From positions 1 through 28,089 of the forward strand of contig CBDBZY010000046.1 of assembly GCA_965213685.1 (NCBI GenBank): a DNA stretch of 28,089 nt, given 5' to 3'. Below the pieces are notes generated by a model. That model had not been told where the DNA came from. It made no database searches and saw only the letters and a list, made by a program, of their open reading frames with translations. The position numbers were made by a program, and so were the translations under genes. The stretch comes from a bacterium (GTDB taxonomy: Bacteria; UBA8248). The stretch's first letter is position 1. Each line of letters starts with the position of its first letter. This document shows positions 25,662-28,089 of this stretch, piece by piece.

Positions 25662-26339
25662 TTGGTCGAGCGCGTGATGATACGGGCCGGACTCCTGTTC
25701 GTGAGTCTGTTGGTGCGCGTATTCACAAGCCACAGGATCATCGGAATGGAGAACATCCCCCCGGGGGGGAACATCCTTTTCCTGAGCAATCACATCTCCT
25801 CCCTCGACGTCCTGGTGATACCCTGGGCCATCTACGCGAAATACCCCCGGGAGCTGATTCGCCAGGCGGGGAAAGAAGAGCTTTTTGAAATTCCCGTCGT
25901 GGGATGGATATTGCGGAAATGGCGGGGCTTTCCCGTCAAGCGCGGCGGGGCGGACAGAAAGTCCATCCGCATGATCGAGGAATATATCCGGGACGCAAAG
26001 GTGATATTGTATCCGGAGGGCACGAGGAGCCGGGACGGGGGTCTCGGCCCGGGGAATCGGATGGTGGGCCGCATCGTGAGAAACACCACCCCCATCGTCA
26101 TCCCCGTCGCCTTGAAGGGGACGGACAGGATCATTCCGGTGGGGAAAACCATGCCGCGCCGGGGCGCGAAAATTGAAATCCGCTTTGGCGCGCCGATAGA
26201 TTTCAGGGACGAGTATTCCATCGACAACGCGAAAGAGGCGAGCCAGAGGATCATTGACCGCGCGATGCGGGCAATCCTGGAGCTTCGGGATGCGGAAATC
26301 GCCGCGCACCCTGGCCAGAAGGCCGTCCCGAGTGGATAG
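25662..26339 (+). CDS. plsC: 1-acyl-sn-glycerol-3-phosphate acyltransferase family (start uncertain: 25662, 25674 or 25677)
   Basis: NHISSLD (NHxxxxD), GKEELF, FPVKRG, YPEGTRS and VIPVALKG. The long upstream part of ORF 24762-26339 is antisense of algC. Confidence 0.88.
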   Translation: MVERVMIRAGLLFVSLLVRVFTSHRIIGMENIPPGGNILFLSNHISSLDVLVIPWAIYAKYPRELIRQAGKEELFEIPVVGWILRKWRGFPVKRGGADRKSIRMIEEYIRDAKVILYPEGTRSRDGGLGPGNRMVGRIVRNTTPIVIPVALKGTDRIIPVGKTMPRRGAKIEIRFGAPIDFRDEYSIDNAKEASQRIIDRAMRAILELRDAEIAAHPGQKAVPSG

Positions 26340-26829
26340 GCGCCGCTTCTCGGGGCCGAGGGCGTTTTCGGCTATCCTGCGAGAGATGCGCGGAAAGGAG
26401 CCGTGGGGCGGGCGGCTGGCGAGGAATTTTGCGTTTCGGGCGTGGCCGAAGGCCGTGGGCGGGGGCGTCTCCCGGGTGGCGCGGCCGGTTTTTCTGAAGA
26501 ACGATTGTTTGCACGTGGAGGTCGGAGACTCCATCTGGCTGTACGAACTCGAGCTGCGGAAGCAGGATCTGATAGCGAGAGTCAATGAGCATCTGGAGGA
26601 TTCCCGCATACGGGAGATTCGCTTCCGGTTGTCGAACGGAGGTCTCGGGTTTGACGAGGATGACGAGAAGGACGAATCGGCGGGGCTTCTCAGAAAAGCG
26701 ACGCCCATCTCTTCTGGGGATGACGCGGCGATTGCGGGCGCCATCGCCGGGATGGAGGATGCGCAACTGAGGCGGGCGGCGGAAAAACTCATTCGCCATG
26801 TTCGCGCACAGGAGCGTTCCGGGGAATAG
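26332..26829 (+). CDS. dciA: DUF721/DciA family protein (replicative helicase loader-like), ~165 aa
   Basis: WPKAVG...ARP...LHVEV..SIWLYEL...KQDLIARVN...IREIRFR pattern; the GTG overlaps the end of plsC. Confidence 0.72.
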   Translation: MDRRRFSGPRAFSAILREMRGKEPWGGRLARNFAFRAWPKAVGGGVSRVARPVFLKNDCLHVEVGDSIWLYELELRKQDLIARVNEHLEDSRIREIRFRLSNGGLGFDEDDEKDESAGLLRKATPISSGDDAAIAGAIAGMEDAQLRRAAEKLIRHVRAQERSGE

Positions 26830-26860
26830 GCATGCGGGATTTGCGAGAGGGTCGCGTCTC

Positions 26861-28089
26861 ATGGTGAGATTTTGTGGTCGGATCATGCTGCCCGTCGCCT
26901 TGCTCCTCTCGGCGGGATGCGCCCCCCTCCCGGCACCGGAGGTGAAGCGCACGCCCGCAAGCCGGTCGCAGCCGTTTCCGGAGAAGGTCAAGGGCGCGGC
27001 GAAATCCTATTTTCATTTCATCACCGGATATCGGGAAGAACTGGTGGGCAACCTCAAGGAGGCCGGCTCCTCTTATCTGGAGGCGGTGAAGGGCAATCCC
27101 GACTCCTCCTTCCTGCTGACCCGCCTGGCGTCGGTTCTCGTCCGGCAGGGGAAGTTGGCCGAGGCCGAGAAATATGCGCACAGGGCCACGCTACGGAACG
27201 CCCGCGACCTGGAGGCCCACTTCGTGCTGGGCGGCATATACGCCTCCCGCATGAAGCTGGACAAAGCCGTCCGCACGTATCGGAAGTTGCTGGAGATAAG
27301 TCCCCGGCATGAGGAGACGCGCCTGCTTCTGGGCACCGCCTATCTGGAGCTGGGGAAATATCCCGAAGCTGTCGAGACGCTCCGGGTGCTCGCGGAATCG
27401 GGAAGAGGGGGCGTGCTCGGCAGGTATTATCTCGCGCAGGCCTATCTGAGCATGAAAAGGTATGGAGAGGCCGAGAAGGAAATTTCCGGACTCCTGGAGC
27501 GCCGGCCGAAATTTCTGCGCGGAATGCTGCTGCTCGCCAGAATCCGCGAGGGGCAGGAAAAATTTGACGAAGCCGAAGCCGTCTACAAAAAAGCGCAAAA
27601 GCTCGAACCCGACAACCGAACCATTCGCGCGCGCCTGGGGCAGCTGTATATCCGCAAGAAGAAATTGAAGCGGGCGCTGCGGGAGTTTCGGGAACTCAGC
27701 GCGGAGGAGCCCGACAATCTGGGCGTGCACCGAACCCTCGGGTTCTTGAACTTTGAGCAAAGGGAGTATCAGGACGCGCTCCGGGAATTTCGATTCGTCC
27801 TGGAGAGAAACCCGAAAGACGAGATGGTTCGCCGGTATGTCGCGGCGATTTATGAGGAGTTGGAGCAGTATGCGCGCGCGGAGGAGGAGCTTCTCAAACT
27901 CCTGGAGTTGGCGCCCCAGTCCCTGGACGGGCATATCCAGCTCACCCGACTGTATGCCGATCAGGAAAAATGGAAGAGGGCGGCCGGCGTTCTGGAGAAA
28001 GCCGAGAAGCGCCATCCCGAAGCGGCGCGGGTGCCTTACGCCCGCGGCTTGACCCTGGCGCGACAGCGGAGGTTCGCCGAGGCTCTCCC
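26861..28089 (+). CDS. TPR-repeat lipoprotein, truncated by the window end (>409 aa)
   Basis: Manual translation MVRFCGRIMLPVALLLSAG|CAPLP... (lipobox), then 34-aa TPRs (e.g. EAHFVLGGIYASRMKLDKAVRTYRKLLEISPRH). No stop seen before the edge, so it is absent from the ORF track. Confidence 0.85.
   Translation, partial: MVRFCGRIMLPVALLLSAGCAPLPAPEVKRTPASRSQPFPEKVKGAAKSYFHFITGYREELVGNLKEAGSSYLEAVKGNPDSSFLLTRLASVLVRQGKLAEAEKYAHRATLRNARDLEAHFVLGGIYASRMKLDKAVRTYRKLLEISPRHEETRLLLGTAYLELGKYPEAVETLRVLAESGRGGVLGRYYLAQAYLSMKRYGEAEKEISGLLERRPKFLRGMLLLARIREGQEKFDEAEAVYKKAQKLEPDNRTIRARLGQLYIRKKKLKRALREFRELSAEEPDNLGVHRTLGFLNFEQREYQDALREFRFVLERNPKDEMVRRYVAAIYEELEQYARAEEELLKLLELAPQSLDGHIQLTRLYADQEKWKRAAGVLEKAEKRHPEAARVPYARGLTLARQRRFAEAL

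Overview
This window is a high-GC, diderm bacterial housekeeping region. Its gene order (pilM-aroB-aroQ-Xaa-Pro peptidase-efp) is deltaproteobacteria/Nitrospinota-like, but the taxonomy is inference only. In order it holds: a noisy TPR-protein fragment abutting a 5'-truncated ctpA (probable chimeric junction at ~600); tsaD-dusB-SDR; an apparently foreign two-gene insert (MrfA/Hrq1/SftH-type DUF1998 DExH helicase plus a NucS/DUF91-like PD-(D/E)xK nuclease with an unrecognised C-terminal domain); an LpoA/LppC-like lipoprotein; a site-2 protease; an orphan pilM translationally coupled to aroB; aroQ, an M24 peptidase and efp; a livKHMGF transporter; a NIPSNAP gene; a minus-strand algC-dedA-manC-uppP operon; plsC, dciA and a TPR lipoprotein running off the end. 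Seven genes right of ~13.3 kb are each 3n+1 nt long with breaks mostly at short base runs, which points to sequencing insertion errors rather than pseudogenes. The best candidate for an undescribed system is the helicase + NucS-like nuclease pair at 5079-8514 (anti-phage/anti-plasmid defence or non-canonical DNA repair). I saw no rRNA, tRNA, CRISPR array, integrase or transposase. All family calls come from motif recognition by eye; no searches were run.
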